Assembly (NCBI RefSeq): GCF_006345805.1
Contig: NC_043007.1
Coordinates: forward strand, 1,426,001-1,490,000
Source of the DNA: Octopus sinensis
Lineage: Eukaryota
DNA length: 64,000 bases
Direction: 5' to 3'
Part shown: positions 62,538 to 64,000 of the stretch, piece by piece
Layout: each line of letters starts with the position of its first letter
How positions within the stretch are numbered: the first letter of the stretch is position 1
The notes under the pieces: generated by a model
The model's input: only the letters and a program-made list of their open reading frames with translations
Told to the model about the DNA's origin: nothing
Database searches by the model: none
Translations under genes and position numbers: made by a program

Positions 62538-62573
<36 letters not shown>

Positions 62574-64000
62574 ACGTGTGCGTGGGTCTGATACTACTAG
62601 ATAATATTAGGTAATATCACTAAAAGGTTGATTAGCTGTTTCTTTACCACACGGTAACCTCAAACATGAAGAATTATTCTCTTTCTTCTCTGCTCACACA
62701 CACTCTCCACAGACATCCGCAGCAAATAAAACTTTATGATCCATGACCTGTGTTGAATACTTTATCCACTTGTACATTTGATCTAGACACAGCTGACACA
62801 CATATATCTATGTATAAATAAATGTATGTTTTTCTGGTCAACAAAAACCTATCTATACTCTAATAGGCTTCATTTGACGGCTGACCCATCATCTGTTGAT
62901 TGTTGTTGTTGTTGACAAAATAAATAGAAGAAACTAGCCGTGGTTTGATTATGTATGAATGGCGCAAAGGATATTCCACATCAAACTGAATTATAAAGAT
63001 CAATTGCGTACTTTGATAAGAATAAATATATTTGACAGCTAAAAGAGAATAGATGTATTGAAATCTTAGACAATGTAATGCTTGAATAGTTTGTGTGAGA
63101 ACTCTTTAAAGTAAAGTCGTGGCTGAAATTTCATATAATGGAGATATCTAATAAGTTCTGACTGGTGAATGAAATGAAGGTGACTGCTCTATGTGTTATT
63201 GAATATCTTAGTTAATTTTACTGTTCCCGGTGTGTTCGAAATTATTAGGGGAGCTCTGATTAAAGAAGGATTTTAATCAATGGCTTATATCTACAGCAGC
63301 AGGAATACTGGTCTGTAAAATTTCTTTTCACACCGATGCCATTCATTGGACATTTTCTTCCAGGTTCCTGAAAATCCTGATTGAGAGAAAAGGAATAAAT
63401 GAATAAAAAAAAAGATAATTCATTTGAAAATTCGCTTAGGTAAATCCAGCAAAATTTCACTGGAGTGGAAAATATAGTTCTCAGATGTGCTGTTTTGAAA
63501 ATTGATGTTTGCCCATATTCTTGGTGGAATCCAACATTTGTATGAAAATTGAACTTTGTTATTGTATGGTATTAATCAGAGCAATGATTTCGCAGAGCTA
63601 CAACTGATTGCCTGGACCCAGTAAAAGAATATATAATATAAAGGTTATTAACATTAGCATTAAGCATTTGAATTTAGTCAATAAACATCATTATCTTCCC
63701 AATTTTGGATGACTGTCCAAACACATTACCTTATTTAGCACCAATTCCTTGGCTATCTCTTGAAGATTTGCATCAAGCGTAATCTTCCTTTCGGTAGTGC
63801 TACTGATAATCAGAAATTACTGGTAGAAAAAAATGGTTTTCAGCTAAGATTTGAAATTAGAAAGAAGCTGTCCTATCAACCAGCTCATAATCGCATATTA
63901 TTTTCTTCTCCATTTCATTAATGCTTCTCTCTGTAGCAAGCAAACAAAGAGGCTCAGTACTAATAACACAGAACTACACGGTATCTAGTGACCATCAGCA

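Larger units (their letters stand above)
31884..64000 (+). other. MON2: MON2 intron (>32 kb; the next exon, expected to begin LT(S/A)KNIQC, was not found in the window)
   Basis: Donor at 31884. A visual search for KNIQCM/AHCHG codons was negative. Confidence 0.65.

Noticed and set aside
321-63460. Hundreds of short ORFs in the supplied track (poly-His, poly-Asp, YI/HT/CV-rich, and recurring MAAPGFNLDL... or MSSNARGTNTDTQTH... peptides)
   Set aside because: They are translations of microsatellites and of SINE/LINE UTR copies, with no splice or homology support as host genes.

Overview
AT-rich, repeat-saturated animal genomic DNA. The SINE/LINE/microsatellite spectrum suggests Octopus or a related coleoid cephalopod (inference). 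The only host gene I can support is MON2 (+ strand): two internal coding exons (4993-5195, 31753-31883) joined in frame across a 26.6-kb intron. The neighbouring exons were not found, so the rest of the window is most likely intron. The introns hold several tRNA-derived SINE families, many 5'-truncated RTE LINE 3' ends with (GAT)n tails, decayed RTE, L2-group and R4/Dong-like ORF2 fragments, an internally deleted mariner, TTAA-flanked piggyBac-type MITEs, minisatellites and long microsatellites. The most notable observation is a foldback element present three times (30911-31532, 43804-44299, 55271-55834). Each arm reads tRNA-like Pol III head, (AAT/AAC)n spacer, minimal hammerhead ribozyme motif with palindromic stem III, then a Penelope-like tail, and the arms are joined head-to-head. 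One hammerhead copy (44206-44251) has a fully canonical core on the MON2 sense strand. A second, degenerate hammerhead-like family (three copies) and another foldback element are also present. Repeat boundaries were read by eye and are approximate (about +/-10-20 bp); family assignments rest on recalled motifs, not database searches.
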